Under the pieces are notes generated by a model that was not told the origin of the DNA, searched no databases, and saw only the letters and a list, made by a program, of their open reading frames with translations. The translations under genes and the position numbers were made by a program. From a virus (taxonomy: Duplodnaviria > Caudoviricetes): DNA of 64,000 bases. The stretch lies in IMG/VR virus record IMGVR_UViG_3300017560_000009, positions 16,421 through 80,420 of that record; one strand, written 5' to 3'. Positions 37,415-46,213 of this stretch are shown here, piece after piece. The first letter of the stretch is position 1. Every line of letters starts with the position of its first letter.

Positions 37415-38193
37415 AGCATGTATCCTTTGAGGATGTTTTCGATTTGCCCGATGTTGGGAATACCTGCCTTCATGTACTTCTTCAGCTCCGCGTCGGGCAC
37501 GTCGCGGAATCCGATGATGTCCCACATCTTTCGCAGGACGGGTTCGTTCTCTTTGATCCACTTCAGAGAAGCCGGTTTCAATGCCAAAGCTTCGGCAAAC
37601 ATCTCGAAGTCGAGCGGTGTTGAATTTACGAAGTAGTCGAGCCATAGCTTCTTATCCGTGTTGCTCCAGGCCACGTCGCCGAACTTGTAGACACCGGAGA
37701 TCGAGTCGGAAGCATCCCCCACCAGTGTCTTGCGCAAGCGCACTTCGGTCCAGTCCGTGGCTTCATAGACCACATTGTCGCGCCCATGGATGGTCACGTT
37801 CGTGCCATCGCATAGCGCGAGAAAGTCACCGTCGTTGGAGTAGATCTTGAATCGCTGGCCAGTGCCAGCACGGGAGCGCACGAGCGCTGCAATCACATCA
37901 TCCGCCTCATGGTAGGGGACTTCAACCTGGATGCAGCGGGTGTGGAGCAAGACCTGCTTGAACAGATCTTGAGTCTTGTAGAACTCGTCGGTGGCGCGAA
38001 CGCGCTTGACCTTGTAGTTGGGGTAGATATCGCGGCGATACTTCTTGGAGTGATAGCCGTCCCAGACGTAGATGACCGGATCACCGACCGGGTACATCAT
38101 CTGGATATCAGCCAGCACGCCTCGCATCATCCCGGTGGCTTCGAAGGTCCGGCGAAACGTGTTGTTGCCGTCGATCAGGTGAATCGTGGTCAT
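37411..38193 (-). CDS. 5'-3' exonuclease / flap endonuclease (T5 D15 / T4 RNase H-like)
   Basis: LIDGNN, VWDG, RRDIYPNYK, EADDVIA, SNDGD, LVGDASDSISG. Confidence 0.92.
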   Translation of the reverse strand: MTTIHLIDGNNTFRRTFEATGMMRGVLADIQMMYPVGDPVIYVWDGYHSKKYRRDIYPNYKVKRVRATDEFYKTQDLFKQVLLHTRCIQVEVPYHEADDVIAALVRSRAGTGQRFKIYSNDGDFLALCDGTNVTIHGRDNVVYEATDWTEVRLRKTLVGDASDSISGVYKFGDVAWSNTDKKLWLDYFVNSTPLDFEMFAEALALKPASLKWIKENEPVLRKMWDIIGFRDVPDAELKKYMKAGIPNIGQIENILKGYML

Positions 38194-38206
38194 GGTCATC
38201 CTCGGG

Positions 38207-38246
38207 AGAAAGAAAAAGGGCGGAAGGTTTTATCCTTCCACCCTTT
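38207..38246 (-). terminator. Rho-independent terminator just upstream of the exonuclease gene
   Basis: Minus strand GGGTGGAAGG-ATAAAA-CCTTCCGCCC followed by TTTTTCTTTCT. Confidence 0.75.
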
Positions 38247-38426
38247 GATGGTCCCAGTTGTTGTCCAAGCGTTGCGGGATGGTCTTTAGCGAAAGCACGC
38301 ATAGCGGACCATGGAGCGTTGCCGAACTGAAGGTGCCAAGGTTTCCTGCCGACTTACATGACGGTTGCTTTCCCGTCATCAGCTCCCCTCGGGACCGTCC
38401 ACCTTCCAACTGGGACCATCAAAGGG
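38241..38426. ncRNA. Candidate structured non-coding RNA / cis-regulatory element (unidentified)
   Basis: Perfect 20-bp inverted repeat (38241-60 / 38407-26) enclosing 146 nt with nested helices. No family recognised. Confidence 0.55.
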
Positions 38427-38447
38427 CCGCGCCCTGAGACGCGGCCC
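38420..38447 (-). terminator. Terminator-like hairpin after ssb
   Basis: GGGCCGCG-8 nt-CGCGGCCC followed by TTTG on the minus strand (short U tract). Confidence 0.55.
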
Positions 38448-38453
38448 CTCGTC

Positions 38454-39161
38454 TTACTCGTCGCCGCCTTCGTCCTGGACCATCTCGCCCAACAACTTCC
38501 AGGTCATGATGCCCCAGGTGTTGTTGTTCTTGTTGGTCTTGGCTTCGAAGCTGACTTCGACTTCAACGCACTTGCCCACCAGACCGGCGCTCACCACGGC
38601 CTTGTAGAACGATTCCCACGCGGCCCAGTTCGTGGTCGAGGTGGAGTAGCCCAGGCGCTGACCGGCCTTGGCCAGTTCAGTACCCTTCGGCGACTTCACG
38701 TCTTCCAGCAGGACCATCGGCACGTCCACCGAGCGGTACGGACGGGCCTTGGCGTCCAGCGCGACAGCCTTCTGGATCGCCTCGTTCCAGGGGATGCCCT
38801 TGTCGGACATCGCACCGTCGTAGGTGGACCAGTATTGCGCGGGGTTGCCGGCCTTGATGGACTGCTTGCAGGAGAAGCCCACGCCGTCCGTCATGTCGAT
38901 GTAGACCTTGAAGGACGAGACCAGTTCCTGGGTTTGACCCACGACCAGACCGAACTCCTTGCACTTGACCCAGATGTCAACGGTCATGCCGCCAGCCATC
39001 AGTTGGTCCATCGACATCTTCTGACCCGTTGGCATGGCGACAGCGCCGCCTTGTACTTGGGTCGAGACTGCGGTGCCGGTTTGTTGGGCGGCGGCTTGGG
39101 AAGCCACAGCGCCAGCGGCGTTTTGGGCTTGGGCGATTGCGTCAGCGATTGCGTCACTCAT
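38454..39161 (-). CDS. Putative single-stranded DNA-binding protein
   Basis: Located in the replication cluster; beta-rich core with aromatic residues; acidic C-terminal tail (QDEGGDE). Confidence 0.6.
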   Translation of the reverse strand: MSDAIADAIAQAQNAAGAVASQAAAQQTGTAVSTQVQGGAVAMPTGQKMSMDQLMAGGMTVDIWVKCKEFGLVVGQTQELVSSFKVYIDMTDGVGFSCKQSIKAGNPAQYWSTYDGAMSDKGIPWNEAIQKAVALDAKARPYRSVDVPMVLLEDVKSPKGTELAKAGQRLGYSTSTTNWAAWESFYKAVVSAGLVGKCVEVEVSFEAKTNKNNNTWGIMTWKLLGEMVQDEGGDE

Positions 39162-39252
39162 GTTAATGCTCCAGGGTATGTTTCAGTTTCGTATGTTCTC
39201 ACCAACTGGTGAGATGGCAAGATCATACCATGGTTCTTGAAGGATGGAAGAT

Positions 39253-39657
39253 CTATTTATCAGATAAATGGATCATTTCTTCCTCCTGTTTGTGTGCTGC
39301 GTTAATCGAATCAACCAGCTTGTTGAAGTGGTCAAGCGGGATTTGCCAGTGCATGTGGGATTCAACGTCCACACGCATGTCATGTTCCATGCCGCAAGCG
39401 GTGTCGTACTTCAGGAACACCAGCTGGCCAAGAATCATGATGCCTTGAGGGCCGACGGGTTGGCCATCGAGGTCCACGATGTCCTTGGCCGCTTCGAAGA
39501 CCGGGAAGTGCTCACCGAGCATGTCGCTGATGGCGTCATGGTTGTCGCAGATCACTTCTTCTTCGATGATCTCCAACGAGACCTTCTTGGCGCTCGGGTC
39601 ATCCTTCCAGGTATGCAGCTTCACCATGTAGGCGAAGGGGACGGTGCCGGTAATCAT
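39253..39657 (-). CDS. Hypothetical protein
   Basis: ATGA-coupled to the helicase. Confidence 0.65.
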   Translation of the reverse strand: MITGTVPFAYMVKLHTWKDDPSAKKVSLEIIEEEVICDNHDAISDMLGEHFPVFEAAKDIVDLDGQPVGPQGIMILGQLVFLKYDTACGMEHDMRVDVESHMHWQIPLDHFNKLVDSINAAHKQEEEMIHLSDK

Positions 39658-41108
39658 GATGCCTCCATAAAGGTTGCCATGCTGGCCTTGCGGTCAGCGA
39701 TCTTGTCCACGTCGTAGATGCCACCTTCCATGGCTTCCTCGTCCATGTTCTGCTGCGAGAGCTTGAACACTTCCTTGGTCGGATCCACGAGGTGGGCTTC
39801 CCGCGACTTCATCTCGATGATCTTCATGATGCGTTGATCAATCGAGTCGCGGTACTCCAGCACGTAGATGAGCAGCGGCGTGTCACGCTTACCACGGATA
39901 CCACGGCGATACGCCTGCATGAACGAATCGTCCTGGTAGTCCAAGGAGGCGAACACCATGACACGCAGATGGTTCCAGTTGAACCCGATGCCGGCCGTGG
40001 CGGGGGAGGCCACCACGCAGTCGAGATCCCCGCGCTGGAAAGCCGCGTCGATCTCAGCGCGCCGGTTGGCCGACACCGTGCCATTGATGAGTCCCACGCG
40101 CAGGCCCATGGACTTGGCCAGCTCCACGATGCGGAGCTGTTCCGGCACGAGGGAAGCGAAGACCGCGATAGGCTCGCCGGACTGCACGGCGTCACCTAGG
40201 TGGATCTTCAGGCGCTCGTCCTTGCCCGTCGTACCGACCTTCAGGCCGAACGTCTCTGGGTGGGCCATGAGCTGGCGGCAGCGGATCGCCGCGACCGCCA
40301 TGGATCCGGCCGACAAGAAGCTGTCTTCCAGTTCGACCAGCGCGGATTCTTCCATCTGGTCGTAGACCTTGCGCTGGGCCGGCGACATATCGCACAGCTC
40401 AGGGATGATGACCTTGGCTTCCGGCCCGTGAACTTCTTCGAACGTGTGGCGCACGGCCACGTTCATGAAGATCTGGCGCAGCTTTTCGTGGTTGCGCCAT
40501 CCCGTGATCTTGCCCGAAGCGTCGTCGCGCACGGCATGAAAGCCGATGAACGCGCCGTAGCTTCCGTAGAAGCGCGGTTCGATCACCTGGAGTGCGGGGT
40601 ACGCGCTGGAGAGCCGGCCCTTGATGATGGTTCCGGTCATGCCCAGGAAGGTGTCCATCTCCTTCATGGAGTCGTACCAGTTCTGGGTGCGCGTGGAGTC
40701 GTTGCCAGTGAAGCCCAGGTGCAGCTCGTCCACCGTCTGGTGTTGCATGCGGGGGTGGTAGCGCAGGATGTTGTCCCAGTCAGCAGACCAGCGGTCAAAG
40801 CCCATGAGCAAGACCTTGCCGGATCCCTTCTTCATGATCTCTTCACGCTCGCCTGGGGAGCCGTCCACGATCAAGACTTCATCTTCCTTGAAGTGGCTGA
40901 AGTCCAGGATGTCCTGGCGGTTCTTGCGCAGCAGCGACTTGGGCATGACCCAAGCCGATTCGATGTTCTTCTCGCTGGCCAGATACCACGTATACATCGC
41001 GGCGCTGCCAGTCTTCTGCGCGCCAGGGTCGGACAAGTTCAGGCAGCGCTTCTTCGTCATGTAGAACGACAAGTCAGCGATCTGGTGAGGGCGGGGAGTG
41101 ACGCGCAT
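39654..41108 (-). CDS. SF2 (SNF2-like) DNA helicase
   Basis: RPHQ, SDPGAQKT, VDELH, GMTGT, ATAGIGFNW, QAYRRGIR. Confidence 0.92.
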   Translation of the reverse strand: MRVTPRPHQIADLSFYMTKKRCLNLSDPGAQKTGSAAMYTWYLASEKNIESAWVMPKSLLRKNRQDILDFSHFKEDEVLIVDGSPGEREEIMKKGSGKVLLMGFDRWSADWDNILRYHPRMQHQTVDELHLGFTGNDSTRTQNWYDSMKEMDTFLGMTGTIIKGRLSSAYPALQVIEPRFYGSYGAFIGFHAVRDDASGKITGWRNHEKLRQIFMNVAVRHTFEEVHGPEAKVIIPELCDMSPAQRKVYDQMEESALVELEDSFLSAGSMAVAAIRCRQLMAHPETFGLKVGTTGKDERLKIHLGDAVQSGEPIAVFASLVPEQLRIVELAKSMGLRVGLINGTVSANRRAEIDAAFQRGDLDCVVASPATAGIGFNWNHLRVMVFASLDYQDDSFMQAYRRGIRGKRDTPLLIYVLEYRDSIDQRIMKIIEMKSREAHLVDPTKEVFKLSQQNMDEEAMEGGIYDVDKIADRKASMATFMEAS

Positions 41109-41112
41109 TGCA

Positions 41113-41817
41113 TTACCTCTTTACAGGAAGCGGGCCGAGGGGATCATCTTCTCGGCGCATGTGACGTTTCAAGACCATCATGCCCAGGCTTTCAAGGGGC
41201 ATCTGGCTGAGCGTGTCGAAGTCCTCGACGCCCAGCTGCGTTGTGATCTTTTCAATCGGTTGAGTCACGATCAGATGCGGGGATCCGGTCATGATCAGAT
41301 TGCGGCGGCTGTTGTAGCTGATGTCTTTCAGGTCTTCCAACAGGCCGTGCTGGCGCACAGTCATCTGCGTGATGACCAGCGGTTGCACGTTGGTGCGGCC
41401 CAGCTCGATAGGGAGCCGTGCGGGGTTCACGAGTGTCCACGCGGCCTGCACGATAGGCTCAATCGGGCTGGAGAGCCGCGAGAGCGTGTACAGAGGGCGC
41501 AGCAGCTCGTTGCCGGCGTCTTCGATGAAGTACAGGCCAGGGGTGTACTGTTCCTTCGGGATCGGCAGCATGGCGCGAACCAGCGGATCCTGGGCGTATC
41601 GGCGGAACAGCTCCCAGTGGCGCGCATCCGGCACCGCCGCCGAGACCGGGAACATATGATTGCAGGTCTTGACGCCGTTGGGACGCACGCGGTAAGGGGA
41701 GGGCGCACGCAGCGACAGGAAGTTCACTGCGCCGCGCCCTTGATGGAGGTAAGCCACTCCGGTTTCGGTCCAGTGGACACCGAAGTAGGGGACTTCAATC
41801 TGCGTTTCTACGGTCAT
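41113..41817 (-). CDS. Hypothetical protein
   Basis: ATGA-coupled to the upstream HTH gene. Confidence 0.65.
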   Translation of the reverse strand: MTVETQIEVPYFGVHWTETGVAYLHQGRGAVNFLSLRAPSPYRVRPNGVKTCNHMFPVSAAVPDARHWELFRRYAQDPLVRAMLPIPKEQYTPGLYFIEDAGNELLRPLYTLSRLSSPIEPIVQAAWTLVNPARLPIELGRTNVQPLVITQMTVRQHGLLEDLKDISYNSRRNLIMTGSPHLIVTQPIEKITTQLGVEDFDTLSQMPLESLGMMVLKRHMRREDDPLGPLPVKR

Positions 41818-42212
41818 ATTTGCACCAGCTCGGCGATGGGTTTCTTCGTATAGGTGGAGATGTCCAGGAGATCGGTCAAGGTGACATCGAAGACACCTTT
41901 CTCTATGGCCGCAAGCTTGTGCGTTGTCCACCCGATCCTGGCCGCAGCTTCCTGACGGGTCTGGCGGATCTCCATGGAACGAGTGAAGGCCAGACGCTCA
42001 CCCAGCTTTTCATGGGTTCGGCTGATGGTGCTTTTCATCTTCCTTTCTTTGGGTCCGTTGAACTTCTCCCGGTCGGAGGCCTTGATACCACGCGCAGCTA
42101 GGATCTTCCTGACCAAAGGTTCGGAGATCTGGAACGACCTAGCGAGCGCGGGGGCCGAGGAACCCATAAGGTATCCATCGGCCACCTGTTGGTCGCGCTC
42201 GTCCTTCGTCAT
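41814..42212 (-). CDS. HTH (XRE/Cro-like) DNA-binding protein
   Basis: LGERLAFTR...TRQEAAARIGWTTHKLAAIEKG..DVTL..L XRE pattern, plus an N-terminal HTH-like segment. Confidence 0.75.
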   Translation of the reverse strand: MTKDERDQQVADGYLMGSSAPALARSFQISEPLVRKILAARGIKASDREKFNGPKERKMKSTISRTHEKLGERLAFTRSMEIRQTRQEAAARIGWTTHKLAAIEKGVFDVTLTDLLDISTYTKKPIAELVQI

Positions 42213-42216
42213 ACCG

Positions 42217-42444
42217 TCAACCGATCTTGGTGAACGGATACTTGGAGGGATTCTTCTTGATCGTGCTGGAGAAGGCCGAACCAACCGAGGTGGATTGGAA
42301 GACGTGTTCGACAACGTGGGGTTCGACCCCCTGGTATTCGTACACGCCACCACGGGTGAACTTCACCTTGAGGGTGGAGGTGCGAGCGTCGTAAGCGTAA
42401 CCCGTGATCTGGGACGATTCGACGGCGGTGAAGGTGGTGTTCAT
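42217..42444 (-). CDS. KTSC domain protein
   Basis: VESSQITGYAYD..TSTLKVKF..GGVYEY.GV......F..S.SVG..F...IK. Confidence 0.88.
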   Translation of the reverse strand: MNTTFTAVESSQITGYAYDARTSTLKVKFTRGGVYEYQGVEPHVVEHVFQSTSVGSAFSSTIKKNPSKYPFTKIG

Positions 42445-42565
42445 CTTGATTCCTTGAAGGAAGGTTGAAGGGTAGGGGTGGCGGGTTACGATCCAAATGC
42501 TCGTCAGCATCGCGCCTTCCGGTTAAGAACCGGGTGCTCTCCATGAGCTACACCCCACAGGAAAA

Positions 42566-43126
42566 TCAGCCCGGACTGTACAGGTTCTCGAAGTCCTGGC
42601 GAGCGGCCGAGGGCCGCGTCGGTTGCGGCACGCCATCGCTGCACAACCCCTGGCCGGCGAGTGCGGCGCGGGTCTTGTCATCAGCTTGGCATAGCACGTC
42701 GATGGCTGCGGTCTCCAGACGCTGGGAGCGATTGGGATCCTTTGTCGTGGCGCTGGCCTGCATGATGCGTTCGAAGTTGCGGCGCAGGTTGCAGTTCTTG
42801 TCTTCGACCGGAACGGCGACGTTGATGCCGAAGGCGATGGCCGAGCCACCTCCACCGCCCGAGACCATGCAGCTGTCGGGCGAGAAGGATCCGTAGAAGC
42901 CTTGACCAGCCACAGGCGGCGCGAACTTCTGCGTGCTCGTGCCGTCGTTGCTGGACTGGAAGGTAATGTTCTGGGCATTGCCCGCGTTCGTCGCGCCGCT
43001 GGACGACTGGGTAGTTGCATTCGAGCTGGTGTTTACGGCTACCTGCGCCGTCGCGTTCAGCGGGAAGCCGGCGACCAGAGCAACAAAAGCGGCGATTCCG
43101 AAAGAAATCTTAAACATGGTGAGCAC
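42566..43126 (-). CDS. Secreted protein with four Cys and a Ser/Thr/Asn/Gln-rich N-terminus
   Basis: Signal peptide ending in ATA-Q; DSCM, KNCN, VLCQ, GLCS. Confidence 0.8.
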   Translation of the reverse strand: MLTMFKISFGIAAFVALVAGFPLNATAQVAVNTSSNATTQSSSGATNAGNAQNITFQSSNDGTSTQKFAPPVAGQGFYGSFSPDSCMVSGGGGGSAIAFGINVAVPVEDKNCNLRRNFERIMQASATTKDPNRSQRLETAAIDVLCQADDKTRAALAGQGLCSDGVPQPTRPSAARQDFENLYSPG

Positions 43127-43143
43127 CTGTAAAACTGGAGTTG

Positions 43144-43173
43144 AAAAAAGCGGGGGCCATCGGCCCCCGCTTT
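43144..43173 (-). terminator. Rho-independent terminator
   Basis: AAAGCGGGGGCC-3 nt-GGCCCCCGCTTT; T6 tract on the minus strand. Confidence 0.85.
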
Positions 43174-43189
43174 CACTGCCGAGACGGAC

Positions 43190-43705
43190 TTAGTGCGGGC
43201 CGAAGCCGCCGATGTTGCCCGTCGTCTTGATGGCGCCCACAGCGCCGATGGCGACCGTTCCCCAGGTAGCCGTGCCACCCGCGTTCACCTTGGTCTGGCC
43301 GAAGGCCGCGTTGCCGTTGGCGATGCTATCGCCCACCGTGATCGGCGCGTTGCCGGACACGCTGCCGGAACCGAAGGAGTTGGCATAGTGGCTGGTGTTG
43401 GTGATGACCTGCGCGCCTTGGTAGTTCACGGTGCCGCCGATGCTGGCTTGGCCACCCGAGTTGCCCCAGGCGTTTTGGATCGACTGGCCGAAGCCGTTGA
43501 TCTGGGACGCGGCGACGGAACTGCCTTCGGAGAAGCTGTTGGCGCTGCCGGAGATCGCGCCGGCCGTGATCTGGCCACTGGCGGACACTCCGCCTTGGTT
43601 GCCGTTGTTGCCATTGCCGTTGTTGCCGTGCGCCCAGGCGGAACCTGCGGCCAGGGCCAGCCCGATGCTTGCGATCAGCGAGAGAGAGCGGAGGGATTTC
43701 ATCAT
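43190..43705 (-). CDS. Secreted Gly/Asn/Ser/Ala-rich low-charge protein
   Basis: Sec signal ending in SAWA-H; mature part almost free of charged residues. Confidence 0.82.
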   Translation of the reverse strand: MMKSLRSLSLIASIGLALAAGSAWAHGNNGNGNNGNQGGVSASGQITAGAISGSANSFSEGSSVAASQINGFGQSIQNAWGNSGGQASIGGTVNYQGAQVITNTSHYANSFGSGSVSGNAPITVGDSIANGNAAFGQTKVNAGGTATWGTVAIGAVGAIKTTGNIGGFGPH

Positions 43706-43755
43706 GGTAAGACTCCAGAGTTGGAAAGTTGCCGGTGAACCGACCGGCTGCGGTA

Positions 43756-44133
43756 TTACTCCTGCGTGGTGGCGAGGGCGAGGATGACCGCCCGCACCAC
43801 TTCGAACCCGTTGTTCCCGGTCGGGTCTTGGCTGAAGCCGGCAAGGGCTTCAGCGACTTGTTCGTGTTCTTGTACGCGCTCCACCAGCGGCTGCGGCACG
43901 TCGGTAGCGACGACGTAATCCGGCTTGCGGTGGAAGCCCTTGGAGGCCAGCCATTCGACCATGTTGATCTCGGGCTTGCCAGCATGGGTGACGCCCATGA
44001 AGATGAAGTTCAATCGGGCCGACTTGTCTTTCTTGAGGGAAAGAGGAATGCCCATGGTGGCCTGCATCCGCACGGTGGGGCTGTAGTTGTCAACGCGGAA
44101 GGAGGTGGATTGAACGTGATCGCCAGAACGCAT
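43756..44133 (-). CDS. Hypothetical protein
   Basis: AAGGA RBS; operon packing. Confidence 0.6.
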   Translation of the reverse strand: MRSGDHVQSTSFRVDNYSPTVRMQATMGIPLSLKKDKSARLNFIFMGVTHAGKPEINMVEWLASKGFHRKPDYVVATDVPQPLVERVQEHEQVAEALAGFSQDPTGNNGFEVVRAVILALATTQE

Positions 44134-44160
44134 AATGATTCCTTGATGGAAGGTTGAAGG

Positions 44161-44439
44161 TTACTTCTTCTTGAACGAAAGCACCAGCCCCCGTTTCAGG
44201 TTTTGCACTTCTTTTCTTTCTGCCTTGGAAAGATGGCCACTATCCAGGAGGTTGTTGGCGGCAGTCATCCAGGTCTCGCGGTTGACTTCACGCGGCGGGC
44301 GCGGATCTCCCTCGTCGTAAGCCGCTTGAATCACCGGGTTCTTGCGCAATTCGTTGGCCGTCTTGCGCAAGGCTTCGATGGCCTGCTTGGTGGTGAAGGG
44401 CTTGGTCTTAACCTCTTCGGTTTGGATTTCAGGGTTCAC
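44161..44439 (-). CDS. Hypothetical basic protein
   Basis: GGAG RBS; operon packing. Confidence 0.6.
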   Translation of the reverse strand: MNPEIQTEEVKTKPFTTKQAIEALRKTANELRKNPVIQAAYDEGDPRPPREVNRETWMTAANNLLDSGHLSKAERKEVQNLKRGLVLSFKKK

Positions 44440-44812
44440 GGGGATTGCTCCGTAGGATGTTGAGCGCCATATCGCGGATGGCGTGCTTGATGTTGTTCTC
44501 GTCCCCTTCGCAGAAGACCCCGATCAGCTCTGGGATCTCGGGATGAGTGCCGAAGGTGACACCTTCTGGGAGATGAGGCGCGACCAGCTCGCCGATACGG
44601 GCGAAGATGGCTTGGCCTTGCATCGACCAGAACGGATGAGATTCGTCCCGCAGCGCAGCACGCAGCCCGAGCGGGATCCATTCTTCCTTCAACGTGTTGA
44701 TCGACTCGATGTGGACCCTGGCCAGTACCAAGATCGCAGCATCGACCAGCTTACACATCGACTTGCTTTCGGCGAGGTACACCGGACGGTCGGAGGCGAG
44801 TTCGTAAGCCAT
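44429..44812 (-). CDS. Hypothetical protein
   Basis: GGAG RBS; operon packing. Confidence 0.65.
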   Translation of the reverse strand: MAYELASDRPVYLAESKSMCKLVDAAILVLARVHIESINTLKEEWIPLGLRAALRDESHPFWSMQGQAIFARIGELVAPHLPEGVTFGTHPEIPELIGVFCEGDENNIKHAIRDMALNILRSNPREP

Positions 44813-44814
44813 GC

Positions 44815-45018
44815 CTATCTCCGTTCGATGACCGCGCCTTTCGGCAGCGTGAAGAGCGGCATGACCATGAAGGTCTGAATCACGCCGACCTTCTGAAAGA
44901 CGGTCATGGTGGTCTTCCAGCGGTCCAGCACGGTCTGCGAATCAAAGAATCGCTGACGCATGCCGCCCTTCGGATACGTGACCAGCATGACAGCCGTGGT
45001 CTTGGCTTCAGTTTGCAT
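44815..45018 (-). CDS. Hypothetical protein
   Basis: AAGGA RBS; overlaps the upstream stop. Confidence 0.55.
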   Translation of the reverse strand: MQTEAKTTAVMLVTYPKGGMRQRFFDSQTVLDRWKTTMTVFQKVGVIQTFMVMPLFTLPKGAVIERR

Positions 45019-45583
45019 TGATGATGTGTCCTTTGCCCATGGCGTTGAGGCATTTGATGATCAGCTCCCTGGGAAAATCAACCATGTAGGCATGGCCGAG
45101 AAGATCTTCCAAGGTCGCCGGCCCGCCCATCGAGAAGATCTGGTCGAGTAGATCCTGGCAGTCGAGGGCCATCGTCTCTTCGGGACTTGGAGGTTCAGTG
45201 CTCACCAGCTCGCCGGCCTTCTTCTTTTCAGGTTTGGGCTGGCCAGGGATCAGAAGCTCCCAGTGGTCTGGGTTGCAGCACAGCGAGTTGCCGCAGGTAT
45301 TCAACAGCTTCCACGGGCGTTCAATCTCGCTGGTCTCAGGCTTCAGGTACTCATACACCACTCGCACGGGGTTGAGATACTTCTTGTTGTGTTGGATCGA
45401 GGCATAAGGCCTGTCCTTCTGAACCCTCAAGGTTGGAGGCTGGCCGAGAGCGAACCCCCGTCGCACGCGGGTCCGTGGTTGGCTCTTCTTGCCAGTCCAC
45501 TCCCAGCACATTTCCGGGTTGCCGTAGTTGGAAATGCGCTTGAGGATGCGCTTGACTACCTTGGCGAGTTCGTCTCTGTCCAT
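45008..45583 (-). CDS. Protein with an HNH-like (His-Cys box, Zn-loop) nuclease domain, possibly degenerate
   Basis: CWEWTG...LNTCGNSLCCNPDHW. The usual His of H.C.N..C.NP.H appears as Asn. Confidence 0.65.
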   Translation of the reverse strand: MDRDELAKVVKRILKRISNYGNPEMCWEWTGKKSQPRTRVRRGFALGQPPTLRVQKDRPYASIQHNKKYLNPVRVVYEYLKPETSEIERPWKLLNTCGNSLCCNPDHWELLIPGQPKPEKKKAGELVSTEPPSPEETMALDCQDLLDQIFSMGGPATLEDLLGHAYMVDFPRELIIKCLNAMGKGHIINAN

Positions 45584-45585
45584 GA

Positions 45586-45816
45586 TCAGAGATGCCCAAG
45601 CAGGTTGTCGAAGAAGTCCTGCGGCTCCTTGTCGCACTTGCCGCCCGTGTAAGCGCGGATGTGCTTCGTCGTCGTGCTGCTGAAACCTTTCTCGGTTTGC
45701 ACGTAGCCACGTCCGGGGATGAACGCGGCAACCGGCGTCTCGTAGGAGAAGAGCACTTCGGTGCCATCGTTCAGGATCAAGGTCGTGGAGTTGGCGGTGT
45801 TGATCTTGAGCTTCAT
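45586..45816 (-). CDS. Small conserved-looking phage protein
   Basis: LFSYETPVA...FSSTTTKHI pattern. Confidence 0.7.
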   Translation of the reverse strand: MKLKINTANSTTLILNDGTEVLFSYETPVAAFIPGRGYVQTEKGFSSTTTKHIRAYTGGKCDKEPQDFFDNLLGHL

Positions 45817-45817
45817 G

Positions 45818-46213
45818 TCAGTGTCCTTTGTTTGCTTTCTCGTCGTAGTAGGCGCGAAGCGCCGCCTGAAGAGCGTGTTTAATCACCCGAAGATACGGAT
45901 GACTTTGATCGGAATGCAAGACTTCGTTTGCTGCACGGACCATGGCCGCTGTGACCTGGATCTCTTCTTCTTCGGAAGGAGGCGGCGGCTCTTCATACTT
46001 CGGCTCGGGCAACGTCTCGGTCAAGACGCCGTTTTTGAAGAAGTTGACTTCACCCCAGCGGTATTGCCGCAGCCATGCCATCATGGCCCCAACACGTCGC
46101 CAGTCTGTGCCGGCGTATTCGAGATGGCCACCTTGGATCAGGTGATATTCGGCTGGACCTGATGGTGTGTTCATCATGTCCAGCATCGTGTACTTCTTAG
46201 GCTTCGTCGTCAT
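45818..46213 (-). CDS. Hypothetical protein
   Basis: Start MTTKPK with GGGAG RBS. Confidence 0.55.
   Translation of the reverse strand: MTTKPKKYTMLDMMNTPSGPAEYHLIQGGHLEYAGTDWRRVGAMMAWLRQYRWGEVNFFKNGVLTETLPEPKYEEPPPPSEEEEIQVTAAMVRAANEVLHSDQSHPYLRVIKHALQAALRAYYDEKANKGH

Noticed and set aside
38340-38400. CTGATGA...GAAA on the minus strand suggested a hammerhead ribozyme; GGTGGA...GATGA...GCAACC and AAGGTGCCAA suggested a SAM-I riboswitch
   Set aside because: The UGA of the putative core is paired in a hairpin and GAAA does not follow stem II. The SAM-I-like pieces fall on opposite strands. Kept only as an unidentified structured RNA.
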